DNA of 64,000 bases from Priapulus caudatus (Eukaryota), in NCBI RefSeq assembly GCF_000485595.1, contig NW_014577069.1, positions 65,699 through 129,698 of the forward strand, read 5' to 3'. A program made the position numbers and the translations under genes. Positions 28,414 through 42,200 of the stretch are shown here, in pieces. A model generated the notes under the pieces. The model had not been told where the DNA came from and did no database searches. It worked only from the letters and a program-made list of their open reading frames with translations. Numbering within the stretch: the first letter of the stretch is position 1; every line of letters starts with the position of its first letter.

Positions 28414-31400
28414 TCACACTCCTCCCCCACTTCTTCCCACCGGCATCTTGTTGTCGCGCAGAGAGTACTTGGCCGCTAAGGCAAACCTGCTGTTTGAGAC
28501 GGCGCCAGTCTTTAACGCACTCATCAACTGTAATAGAGAATGCGGGTCAGTCTAAGAAAATAGTATCGGTGAGCGGCCACAGATGGCAGCGACAGTGGCA
28601 GTTCCAAGAACGAAGTTCCGAGATCGATACCAGCAATTCAATGGGTGTCACTTTCCCCCGGGCGTAGAGGGAGGGTGCCGCTACGTGGCAGCACTAGTCA
28701 CTTTCCCCGGGCGTAGAGGGAGGGTGCCGCTACGTGGCAGCACTAGTCACTTCGTACACTTCCATCATTCCACAGTCATACTTCCATGCTAGACATGGCC
28801 TTATTTCCCTAAGCCTAACCCTAACCCTGACCCTGACCCTAATCCAAACATTAGTGCTGCCACGTAGCAGCACCCTCCCTCTACGCCCGGAATTCAATTT
28901 CCCATTTTCGATCTTCCAATCTACGAACGAAGAAATCATTTCTCTTCTGCTCATAAGCAAGGTGGCCTACGATGGAATTTCCACCAATTGCCGGCTACAT
29001 ATTACCAACAGTCATGCAGTTGCCACAACCACCTTAATATAACTATATTATTGTCATTCAAGTCCACCACCACCTGCAAAAAACTGTACAGTGTAGCATG
29101 CAATAGAGAAAGGTCCAGAAAGTGCAGCAAAACGATAGACAGTAGTATGTTAGTACAAGAGACAAGAATTTGTTTAATTACACAGCTTTTATGGTTATGT
29201 ACCAATACAAAGGCTAAACACTATAGCACTAAATAAATGATCTAAAACAATACACAAGTTACTATTTTATACAAGTATATTATAGTATTCTCTACATGTT
29301 ATATATTATTATCAGGAGTTAATATTGACAAAAATAAATTTGTCATTATTAACTCCAGATATTATATATATAAATATCACGTGTGTGCACACAGATTAAC
29401 AATAACGTTTCATTATAAATCTTGCATTCATTTCATCATACTTTTTCACGTTTCTGAGTGGCCTGGTCTCATGCTGAACCAATGCCACTCATCATTTACC
29501 TATTTACAAATTTCGTAAGAGTGAAATTCTCTCAAAATTGCTTTTTCTTTGTAGGTAGCCCCGTTCTAGTGGGACCTTTAGTGCTATCCTCTTTCCACAG
29601 TGTCATCAGCTATAAATAATACAAAAAATAAAAGCAACGTAATGTCAAGCAGAAACCCTCAAACCAGTCCTCAATTTAAAAAATAAAATAAAGTCCTAGG
29701 CAATTTTGTGTGACTCGATCCATGTACTTGAGTGTGGTATTTCATGGTAAAGTTTGATGACTTGCTAAAACTACTACTTGTTAACCCAATTTTCTGAACG
29801 GCAGACCAGTTATATCAAAAAAGTAGACATGTGCCCACAAACAATGACCCTTGCATATATCTTGCACTAATTCTATACTTGTACTCAGTATCAGTGGAAT
29901 CACTCCTCACACGTTTATACACACCAAGCTCTACGTAGGTCCCTTGTCTAACATTAGTCGTTCGATTATAAAATAAACCACACATCACACAACCACACAG
30001 TTACTGAAATTATGCTTCATGTAAAAAGCTCAACATGCACGCTAAAGATTTTTACTACTGCAATTTCAATACGAGACACTGGTTTGAGGCTTGCGTGTAA
30101 AGCGACGACAGCAAAGCGAGTAAGAAGGAATAAGCTGCTACTATCAGTAAACAAAAAGCTCAGACATGCACATAGCAAATTGGTGAGAACATTCACAGCA
30201 CACACAGCATGCACAAACACACAAGCACATGTTAGAGTAAGCACTAGGCAACTAGAGTAACTAGACAAGTTAGATCGAGTACTATGCAAATACATTAAAA
30301 GTTGCGATCATCAGTTAATCGAATTTGCTTCGCTAGCAAATTTGTAAACCCATAAATATTAATGAGTTATGGCTGTATGGGTTCTTCTTTATAGCTGCAA
30401 CATGAGCGAGGAAGGAGAAGGGAGGAAGGAAGAGGGGAAGCAGTTTTTGTAATGCACGGTCACTTTGAACACACAACTGTTAGAAGAGCTGAGGAAATTA
30501 TTCCCATTTGCCAGTTTGCTTGCTGCACGAGTAAAGCACGTACAAATTTGTGAGTGGCTCTATAGTGTTAGACAGCGCTCAGGTAAGGAGGTGGATACGG
30601 GACTACGAGGCTACATGATATATGAATATACGCAGTAGGTGCGCACAAACAGATGTACTTCACCGTTAGTTTTTTGTCGCATCTCGATCAAAAATACACG
30701 TGCCGCGATTGGCCGCACAAACATACCGCGAGCACGGATGACCCACACAGTTAAACACCGAACCAGACCGCGTCCACGGCAACCGAACCGACATATACCG
30801 GACCGCTGGCTGGTTGCGCGGATGCGATGCTGCACACGCCGCTTCGCTCAGCGATCGTAGATGGCACCGCCGGACACTGCGCGACGGCGTAGGGGGGCTA
30901 CGGGCGTGGCGGCGGCCATGACCGGGAAGTAAGGGGTTACCTGCAGGAACTCTCCAAGCTCGACCTTGCCGTGTCTGCTGACATCCACTTCTGACAGGAT
31001 CTCGTGTAGCTGGGCCTCCATCACCGGCTCGCCCATCATCTGTGCGACAACGCTCACAGCTGAGTCATACACACGTGTAAAGCGGCGAATCGTGGCCAAC
31101 TCGCGCTGAGAAGAGTCGATATCTATCATGCCTACAATTTCCCCCCAACTGATCCAGAAACAGCCCGGCTTGCCGGACGAAGCCGGACGATAAGAGCAGT
31201 CTTCGATTACGTGTGGTTTGGTACGCTCGCCGTCCGATTGTTTTCCCCGGCTATAACCATGACTGTTGACATGCTTCTCATTCTTGCTGGAGATTATTCT
31301 TGTACTAGTATAGAGTATGTATGAGATTATTCTTGTAATAGTATCTTTGTATAGAGGAGTACCTGGCCATTGCCCGGGTTCTTTTCTCAGCCGCAGAGCC

Positions 31401-33239
31401 CGTCTCTGCACCCATCGTTGAGGCAATAAGGGCAATAGATTACGAGATGTGTGAAGCACAGACATTAGTAGCATGAAGAAATAGAGTACCGAGTGGAGTA
31501 GTAGATGTTAATTGGCATTGCGACTAGTGCGACTACTTGCGACAATTTCATGACTACACGTTTGTGATTTCCCATCATTAGCTTCCTGCGTGCATGCAGA
31601 CTACCACCCTAGTTACCAGCGTGTGAGCGGTAGCAGCTTTTCCATCTGTCATTGCCTATCATTGTGAAGCATCATTACGTAACACCTACCGTTTTCTGGG
31701 TTAGACAGTCATTATTTTCATGTTTACAGAAAATCGGATTCCATAAATGATTTTTTTTTAGCCTAACCCCCATCTATAGGGTGCTAATCGATTACTTACT
31801 CAAGTACTTGACTTATTAATACTTATGATTACTTATTAGTACTTTATCTTTAATTTTTATTGGGTACTTATCGAGTATGGTATCGTCGTAGGTTCAGGGG
31901 AGGTTCTGCTAGGCACGCACGGCCACACACACACACTCACACACACACATTCACGCGTACATACGCAGACGCAGACACACGCAAGCAGCCAGGGAGACAT
32001 CTCGGTCAGATTAGTGCAGAACAGCGACAATGACAACGCTACTCACCGTGAACATCTCTCTCAGGTCGTTCACCGTGATGTGGCCCTTGTTCTGCGTGTC
32101 CATGTTCTTGAACTGCGTCACGTACATGTTGAATTCCTCGCGCGAGAAATTGATCGGAACTTTGCTGAGACCGCGGCCCAGCTTGGCGCCCATCTCGGTG
32201 TTCAGAAACTCGCACGCGTAGTCCATTTGCCGCTGTGAACGTTAACGCAGACGTTTAAGGAATTGTTAGACAGCAATCCCTCATGCACAATTCTAAAATT
32301 GTGAAAATTATGCAAACCGAAAGTTTTTTCAGTGCGGAGTATCACCCGTGCCGTGGGCATGATATGGCAAATACCGAGCTACCTGCTTTATCGGGGCTTA
32401 GGATAAATTGGCGCATTACTTATATGACTGGTGTCTTTGATAAACAATCCTTATGCAAATTATTTAAATCGGCTAGAGGGGACACGACTTCAGTTAAATG
32501 GGATATTTTCTCGTCTATGTTGTAAAAATTCACTACAACTTATTTGTATTGCTACTTTCATAACATTTCTTCAGCAAAAAACTAAACGCACTGTGCCACG
32601 GTCACCATGGGTACACGATACCTGCTGCTCCTGCTTGCTCCAGCCCAGCTCCTTCGTCATGACCTCGATCACCTGGGGCAGGGCTTCCTTGGCGGCAGCG
32701 TGGTTGAGAAACGCGAGCCTGAGCCGCCGAGAGATGACGTCGACCGCCGTGCACGCGTACTCCTTCATCGCCCAGCGCACCTGAACGTTAACGTCGGCGA
32801 TCAATTGAAATTACTCTTGAAAAATTACTTTGACAAATTACACGGCATTGAAACGACGAGTATCAACATATTCCAGCGTACATGGAAATGACACGGATTA
32901 ACAACGGAATTCAAATGCCATATGGTAGTATACATCTTAGGGTATTTTCTACTGACAGATAAGTGGTGTAAATTGAACTTTGCCCTATCCGGACAAGATG
33001 GAATGGATGCGTATTTTGAGGTCTTAAACGAGACTATGGAGCTGTGTGGACTGATCAACTCTCTCTCCTTTTCTCTCTCTCTCCCCCTCTCTCGTTCATG
33101 CTTTTTCTCTCTCTCCCCCTCTCTCTTTCTTGCTTTCTCTCTCTCTCTCTCTCTCTCTCTTTCTTGCATTCACTCTCTCTCCCCCTCTCACTTTCTTGCT
33201 TTCTCTCTCGCTCTCTCTCTCGCTTTGTCTTTCTTGCGT

Positions 33240-33271
<32 letters not shown>

Positions 33272-36200
33272 GCGTTCTCTCTCTCCCTCTCTGTACAAAT
33301 ATGACTTATACCACAGGTAACTGATCCTGGCATCCAGGATTGAACTGACTGACAAAACAGACAAACAAAATTCCTCGATGACTGTGCATGTTATGATTCC
33401 CACCTATCACTCCATGCATCCTATGTGATATTGCATGTAGCAAAGCTACCTCAAAGTGACCCAGAGCAAAGCCACTTGATATGCAAACACCAGTATTGCC
33501 ACGGCTGGGCTTAATCCACCCTACCAACTAGGCTACTCTACTACAGTTAAGAGGTGATACCTCTGCCTCGATGTAGGGGTACTCAACATGCAGCCTCTTT
33601 CCAACGACTGGCCATCGCTTGCCCGTCAGCGAAGCGCTCTTGGCTACGTCAAAGGCACGATCACCATAGTCGTGGGCCAGATGTTTAGCAACCTGAATAG
33701 AAAAAAGTGTCATTAGGAAAGGGCCACCTGAAGTTTAAACGTAATTGATAAAAAAAGGCAAGTCTGAATTACGGCATAACACACATCATCATTACTCTCT
33801 ATTATAGTCACTGCTATTAGACTATCGTAATGAAAATTTTCTCAAAATTATTATGACAGATTAACACTCCGCAGTCTGAAGTTCAAAACTAAAGATATTA
33901 ACAATAACACATGTGCTGATTTTGAAGATTCATGCAGTTGCACGTCTGCCAAATTGTCTTTGAACATTTGCTGAAAAAATACGGTAATTCCGTGAGGTCG
34001 TGCTCTGGAACAAACTAGTTAGTATATAGCAGAATTTTCAGGGAGTCACACGGACTCCTGCATATGTCAAATCAGGGAGTCCGACAGTAAATCAGGGAGT
34101 ATTTGACTCCGGACTCCTGTTAATTTCGCACCCTGATATAACTAACACAGTCTGCTAAACTTGTGTGCGTATGTACATACTGGCATCGGTTACTCACCTC
34201 GCTCTCAAGTCCAAAGTCCTGCACGAGTCTGATAAACATTGTCGGCGAATACTCGTGAGCGCCCTCTAGCAGCAGACCTGACGTTCGCGACGGATGCGGC
34301 GGCGGCTCCAGGCCGCAGGCTTTTATAGCGGCATCGACGGCTTCCTCTGCCATGTGTCGATATGTTGTCCACTTGCCACCTGAATACAGAAAGTCTGACA
34401 CGTAAACACGTTGTCAACTAGTCAACTATTCCCCCCCCCCCCCGACTAGTTGTGCGTCTCTCTGACAACGCTGGAGTGTGTGACCCTCAGGTGACTGAGC
34501 GAGTGCGAATCTTCGTCATTGATCACGCGAGACACCAACTTACAGACTACATGTGTAATCCTTTCACGAGTAATAACACGTCAATAAAGAAAAACACGAG
34601 AAATGAAAACATATCACGCTGGGAACTGCAATCAAACTATAAACACAGTCGAGGGGCTGCACCTGCCTAGAAAACCGCCACGGCGGCAGCGTTATGTGCT
34701 AAAGCGAATGTTGGTAATTGGTGTAATATCCAGATATCTGCCATCCGGAACACAGACTCGCAGCAATTTTGCGAAGTGACATTTGACTTGGCACATTGTG
34801 CACTTTTGGTTAGAATTACGAAACTAGGTGAACCAGGTGGCGATGTTCAATTGGCACTACATCAGAAAATCTTCAGGACCTATTGTAGCATGCGTGTGCA
34901 AAGTTTCACAATTCTAACCAAAAGTGCACAATCCATGTGCCCTACTACATTTTACTACTACAGTTTACCATACGGCGGGCCCTCACAGAAACGTGCCACC
35001 TGTTCTTAAACTCGTGACAGCCAGTTTTGCGAAGTGACATTTGACTTAAATAAAGCCATCCCACTAGGACATATAGGTATATAGCCATTACAATAAATAT
35101 ATTCCTAATAAAAAGCCATTCCATAGAGTGCGAGATAACCGAGAGATTACCGTACCGCATCCCTCACGTACCAGCTGTTCTTAAACAACGGCATTGCTAA
35201 TTGCACTGAGCAGTACTAATTACATTAACATTGCTAATTGCGTCGACACGAGTACCTGCGATAGTGACCAGGTTGCTGTCGCTGATGATGATCACGTGGT
35301 TGCGAGCGATCGCCTCCGTGCTCTTTGCGTTCGGGTCCAGCACGAGCGGACGGATTCCTGACCACGCAGCGAGAACGTCGCCCCGCCGCACTGCAAGCGC
35401 AATCACAGTCACAGTCACAGTCACAGTCACAGTCACACTCACAGTCACAGTCACAGTCACAGTCACAGTCGCGCGGAACAACGATGAGCCACGCGCTCGC
35501 TCAAACAAGGGTGAGCCATCCATGCGTGCACTCACTATAACAATGCCTTTACCCGCATACTTCAGTTCTAGCCGCGCCTCTAAAACCCGTCAACCCTCAA
35601 AGGTTTCTTTACTCGCCGAACCCCGATCAAAAACATCCCTGCTTTGAAAGCTTGAGATACACGTGTACTTTTTTCTACCGACAATGGCACGAAACGCATA
35701 TTCCAACGAGCTACTGCCACGTATCGGCAGAAAATGGCACTAACGAAAAGCGAGTTAACGTGAAGACCCTAACCCTGACCACATTACAGGGTAGCACCGA
35801 AAAGTTATCAAAGTAACCAAATTATCACTACTCAGTAATAATTAGTGCTCGATTAGTAATAATAAGTAACCAATATAAAGAGGAGAAGAAGGGGAAGACC
35901 CAAGGAGACCCGGAGAAGGACCATCGAGAAGGAGATGCGAATTTGTGACCTGTCATGGGACACGCTGAGGCCACAAGCAGTGGACCGACAATGTTGGAGA
36001 TCTCTTGTCACTGCCCTATGTGCCACCTAGGCACCTTTGAGGGATAACATAACTATATAAAGAGCTCGAAGAGGTAACGTCAGTGGTCGCCCGCCACGAC
36101 GATCGCCGACGACACGGCTCACCTTCGACGTCGGGACTCAGGTAGTTCCTGATCTCGTTGAGGATGAACTGGATCTCGGCCTCGGTGGGGCTCGGGTTGT

Positions 36201-39200
36201 GGGTGACCTCACACGGCTGGTCGGTCGTGCCTGCGATCGTCACCTTCTCCCACGGCAGGAAGAAGATCACGCGGCCATCGCTCGTCGACGGATCCAGCAA
36301 ACCCATCGAGTCCGGACTGCAGCAACGACGAATATATATATATATATATAATTTATATGTGTGTGTGTGTCTGTGTGTCTGTGTGTGTATATACATACAT
36401 ACACGTACACATGCGCACGCACACGCACACACGAGCACGCGTGCATTAGGTTAGCTAGGTGTGAGGGCGTCGGCTTACCGTTTGCTAATATATACTCCAA
36501 GTGATCAAATACAGCTCATATATACGTGTGTGCGTGCGTGCGTGCGTGTATACATGCACACATGCACGCACGCACGCACGCACACACATATATTAGATGT
36601 ATATATATTATATATGGATATACATACACATACACGTGCGCACGCATGCACGCATGCACACACAAATTTATATATAACGTTTGGAAAGCATTATTATCCC
36701 ATGAGAGCGATAAAGTGGAAGATATTCGTCGTCAGGTTTAGTGTCCGAGTGCATACCAGTCAATGACATAAAAGTAACTGTGTGCACAAGAAGCATTAAT
36801 AACAAGATCAAAAGTAGATGATTAACAGAAGCTAATTTAACTTCTAAGATTAAGTGAGAAGGTTAATTCCGGCAGCATAGCATCTGACGAGAATCTCACT
36901 GTTTTGTCTCACCTATAGTAGTCCGGCAGAATGATGTGAACACCTGAACTCGGCTGACAAATGTTCTTCGTGTGTGGATTGTCAAGCTTGCGCACAAAGT
37001 CAGTGAACGGTCCGGTGGCATTTATAACACACTTGGCCCTCACTTCAAACTCTTTTCCTATTACAGAGCAAAGCATTTGTCAACGATTAAACATAAATAT
37101 TGCCAAACAAGTCTGCAGCCACAGCAATACAGCAATATGAGATCTACCCAACAGCATAAACAGTTTACATAAAGGGACTACCAATACTTGCATCATACAA
37201 AATCACAGTACCACCACCTTCTCATCAAACATCCCGCACTCAAGCTAAATAGGCGCCCCCCCCCATCCCCCGCCGCCGCCGTACTTGTGATTGTATCGTA
37301 TCCCTACAGAGGGCGCCGTACCTTTGATCGTATCCTTACAGAGGGCGGCGTACCTGTGATCGTATCCCTACAGAGGGCGCCGTACCTGTGATCGTATCCC
37401 TACAGAGGGCGCCGTACCTGTGATCGTATCCCTACAGAGGGCGAACCTGTGATCGTATCCCTACAGAGGGCGCCGTACCTGTGATCGTATCCCTACAGAG
37501 GGCGCCGTACCTGTGATCGTATCCCTACAGAGGGCGCCGCAGACGACGCGCTTTCCCGACGCGTCGGCTTTCTTCAGCAGCTGCAGGACCTCGACGTGAT
37601 TGGCCACCGTGCCGCCGAGGCGGGCGGCGGTCAAAGCGATGGCGACGTTCATCCGGGCGTCGTTGTGCTGACCTGAAACGACAGCGGCACTATGGAGACG
37701 GTCCCCCGGGGAAATGCTCGACCGTCACAGGCATGACGACAACCCCCTGAACACCTAGATAAGGTTCATAAGTAATTTACCTAGGAGTCCTCCTGACGAA
37801 TTGATTCATTGATTGATTGAGTCATTGACGCATGAGTTCATGGTGGCTGTATATCAAAGTAAGCAATGAGCAATATGCAGCAATAAAGGAAACTAGCTAA
37901 TTACCTATGTGTTGCCGGCTAATCCATCTACGCGTAATATGATGGCAGAGAGAAACCAAAATAACATCAAACTGCTAATGCATCTGCTAGCACACGATTT
38001 AGAAAGCAACAATAGCAGCTTTTTAGACAGGCTCTCCGTGCTCCAAGTATTACACAGAGAATCCCAAAACACACGTTTTTTATGGTACTTTTTTGATAGT
38101 TTATCATTAGCAAAGCAGTCTATTTACGTTGCTTCAAAGCAACGAACCAGTAACCCTAGCAAACAGATATATAACATAAACGTTTAGATGTCTGCAGAGC
38201 TTTGCCACACCTACAGTACAGTCTGTGGCATGGTATTGAGCAAAGAAGACCGTAGAAACGTTTCCTGTATGGCTTACATAAATGCAGTACACTACAATCA
38301 ATATTAGCTTCCTGTCTGTCTTGCTAACTATTAGTATTAACGTGAGTCTGCATAGCAATGCGCAGAGACTGCACTCATGAAGAATCCGAGTAATATCGAA
38401 AATCATTAGTGTCCAAGCCTGACGGAAAGGCATCCCCATTACTGACTACTGTTAAACCAAGCCACATAACAACATGTGATTACTGAAGATCATGTAAACC
38501 TGCACTCATAATTTAATCGTTGTTTAATAGAATTGACAAAATGCTTTTAACAGTGAGTGCTATATGAGCTTACTTAGCAGACAAATCAGTAAACTGCCTC
38601 GACACAGATAGTATTCATGAGAGAGATGTTCAGACAAATCACGCATGATTTAAGTCAAAGCCAATCCTCTCATGGTACGTGTTTGTTCCTTCAAGATGGA
38701 CAAACCTCGCTTAAATATCCTATCTGAGCAGAACGAGCAGCATATTTAATAGCAACAGTTAGAAATTGCTTGTGTATGTGGATTCTTGAAAATTGAACTC
38801 CGTAGTACTACTTTCTTACAATACTTGTGAATTCCTGATGAAATGTTGTGTGTGATCAGCAATGGTTTAAATTTGTTGCATCAACAGAAACGAGCTCACA
38901 AGAAAGAAATATCAATGGGAATTATCCACTTTTTACACAAACATACATGCGTTTATAATCTGTGATGATATGAAATCATCACTCCAACCTTGGCTGTGCT
39001 TTAATAGCCACCATATTTTATGGATTCACCGAGCACTGGTCCTCTGCAATCATTTCTACAGGTACATCATACCAGCAGCACAAAACCTGTGACAGTGTGA
39101 GAGAGTAAAGTCAAGTGTACGCACCATCGTAGTAAACGAGGGCTCCAACCAGCTTATCCTTCTTCAACATGGGAAACAGCTCGAGAGCTCTACTCTTCGA

Positions 39201-42200
39201 CAAAAAGTAACTGGTCTTCACTTTCTGTCGACCGGCGACGATATCATATGCCTTGATTCCTGCCCAGTAATAGGGAATCTGCCACCACCTATGTTGCACA
39301 TATCCATAAATCACTACAACAACTAAAATATTCACAATTAGGATTACACAACATTGACGAAGTAAAATAAATATAAACTTGGTGAAAATAAAAACATATG
39401 GCAAAAAATATTAACGTGATGCCCTGTCAATCTACACATTAAGAAACTCTCCAAACACTAACAATTTTCCTGTCAAAAAGTAGGTGGCAATATTCCCACA
39501 TATTAAAGGGATCCTTTACTCTAGGTTCTAGGGTTATTTTCAGTTAATTTAGGTTAAAATTATGCTACATAAAAAGAGTCATGGTTCAATCACCATTAGA
39601 AATTTTTTTTTTTAATGTTTTAAAACTAACGACTACAGTTTGATTACAACGACGGTGGCGCCACTCAAAGCGCATGATCTGATAAGTTGCACAAAACGAC
39701 TTTTCAGCCAAGGGCTACAGACCGAGGGTGTTTCTTATTTATTAATTTAAAAGCAAAAGGATTGTAATATCTTATAAACGACATATAGATTCAGTTATAT
39801 TATGGATAAATTTGTCCTAAAATGAACATCGTTCGGTTAAATAGCATTTAGGTATAAATATAATTGCACCTTTGTGATTAGCCCTCGGTCTGTAACGTGC
39901 AAAATATATTGGGAAATGAGCAACTTTTTCAGGGTGGCAGCACCGTCGCGGGTGTCAATGGCGCCGTTCAAATTTCGTAGCGTTGATGTATAATTAATTA
40001 TAACAATTAAATTAGGTATCTGGTAACAAGTAGGTGTCGGTATAGACGATTTGTTATACAGTAAGTACAGTAGTCTGCAGTAAAATCCTAGAGTCTAGTA
40101 TCCCTTTAAAGCTCAAGAACAATGCTAGTCGGTAAAAAAATCCCAAAGAGTAATTTATTGATCACGCATAATAACGGGCAAGTGTGTGTACAGAGTATGC
40201 ATTGCTAAGGACGTGTGAACTGAAACTAAATCAGATCTTACTTGTACACTGGCAGCATGATGGGCAGAGGATAGGAGAGGTGTGGTGCAATCTTCAGCAG
40301 GTTTGCTCTCTCCTGAAGAGCTTCTTTCACCATACGATACTGTAACACAAGTACGCACAGTGGTTAGCCCACGCTGACACACGTATGTGTGTGTAAAGCC
40401 ACATGTCGGACTAGGCAACCTTTTTTCTTTTGCCACCAGTCGCTACCGGGATGGTTTCGTCTCCACTGCATACGTGCACGCACATTTTCAAATTCACGAA
40501 GCAGCCCAGCCACTACCTGCAGACACGTTCCACTTACGCACGGACGTGTCGGCACTTTGCCAACGAACAATGCACTTTTTACGAAATATAAGATAAGGCT
40601 GATCAAGCAGGAGATGTGAGCTGTCTGACCTGTCACAATGCATTTGTCACAGGACTGGAGATTATTGTCTCCAGTGATAAACAGGCCAGATACTGGGGCC
40701 GGTTATGAGAAACAAACACCGGACCTTCCCCACACCTCCCTACCTCTCTCCGACCTCCCCTCTACCCCCGGCTCTACCCCCCCCCTGGCCCTACCCGGGG
40801 TTCTATACCTCTATAGACCAGACCTCTATACGCCTATCTCCCCCGGCTCTACTCCCCCCCCCTGGCCCTACCCGGGGCTCTATACCTCTATAGACTGGAC
40901 CTCTATACGCCTATCTCCCCCGGCTCTACCCCCCCCTCTGGCCCTACCCGGGGCTCTATACCTCTATAGACCGGACCTCTATACGCCTATCTCCCCCCGG
41001 CTCTACCCCCCCCCCCATCTCCCCCCGGCTCTACCCCCCCCCCCTGGCCCTACCCGGGGCTCTATACCTCTATAGACCGGACCTCTATACGCTGTTATTG
41101 TCAGACTCACAGCTCGCTTGTAGGCAAGACAAGAATCACCGTTGCGGACAATGCAATTCAGCTCGCCTGACCGAAACCAACCAACGTTCGTTCGTGCGAA
41201 CTACGGGAATCTCCACGAGCGGCATTTCTAACCAAAACTGCAGTTCCTTCTTATTTCTAACAACAGAAAAAATACAAGAATGTACCGCTGAAGTCACGCA
41301 CCTCTACGCAGGTCGCGTCGGTCGTGAGACCTCAGACGTACCTGCTCGTAATCTAAACGCAGTATGGCCTTCTGCAGGTAGCGCACACCTCCGTGAATCA
41401 GCTTCGTCGATCGACTACTCGTGCCGGCCGAGAAATCCTGTCTCTCCACCACAGCCGTGCTCAGACCTGCCGCCACAGATATCACACGCGTGAGAGCAAT
41501 ACATACAATCACTGGTGCGGACATGGTTGCCGCAAAAACACACCACGTGATGTAGTGATGTCCCGATGACCGATTATAATCAAAAGTCAGTCGTTTGCAG
41601 CAACCGACTAAAGACTTATGAACATAAATAATCAATTATCAAAAAAAAAATATTTGCAAACATTGATGAAATGACTCTTTATTTTATTTTCGTGTTTTGT
41701 TGGTTACTTTTCTAACCTACACCTAACATAAGCAAGTATAATACTGTTACATGGCTGTTAGAATATTGTATTATAAAAAATACTGTATTATATGATATAT
41801 ATATATGATATATTTCAATATCTGGTAGCCATGATCAATAGGACTCAACCGATTATCTTCGATCATTGATCGGTTAGGTGCAACCGATGATCGATGATGA
41901 AATCCTAACCGATTCCCATCACTAACACGATGCACCCAGCAGTGGCACCCGCAGATAGAAGCACTGGAAGCAGTGCTACCAGTAAATTTTGGGTTAAAAA
42001 ATTTGTTCCCACATTTTGTTCCTAAATCTCTCTCGCAAGACTCACCAGATTGCATCTCCAGACGTCTACCATTCCAAAATTTCCCATTCAGGGGGGGCAT
42101 GCCCCCAGACCTCCCTAGCATGCAGCGCGCATACGGCGCTCGCTTTTTATTATCACTGAGGATTTTATCCTTCTGTGCTTCGCCAGTGGCACCCAGCATG

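Noticed and set aside
28810..28842. Telomere-like (CCCTAA)n, also at about 7140
   Set aside because: A few degenerate units inside transposons, not an interstitial telomere.
30848..31474. 208-aa ORF
   Set aside because: Only 30941-31039 is a GPD2 exon; the rest is intronic read-through.
32825..33403. ER- and SL-repeat ORFs
   Set aside because: (CT)n microsatellite.
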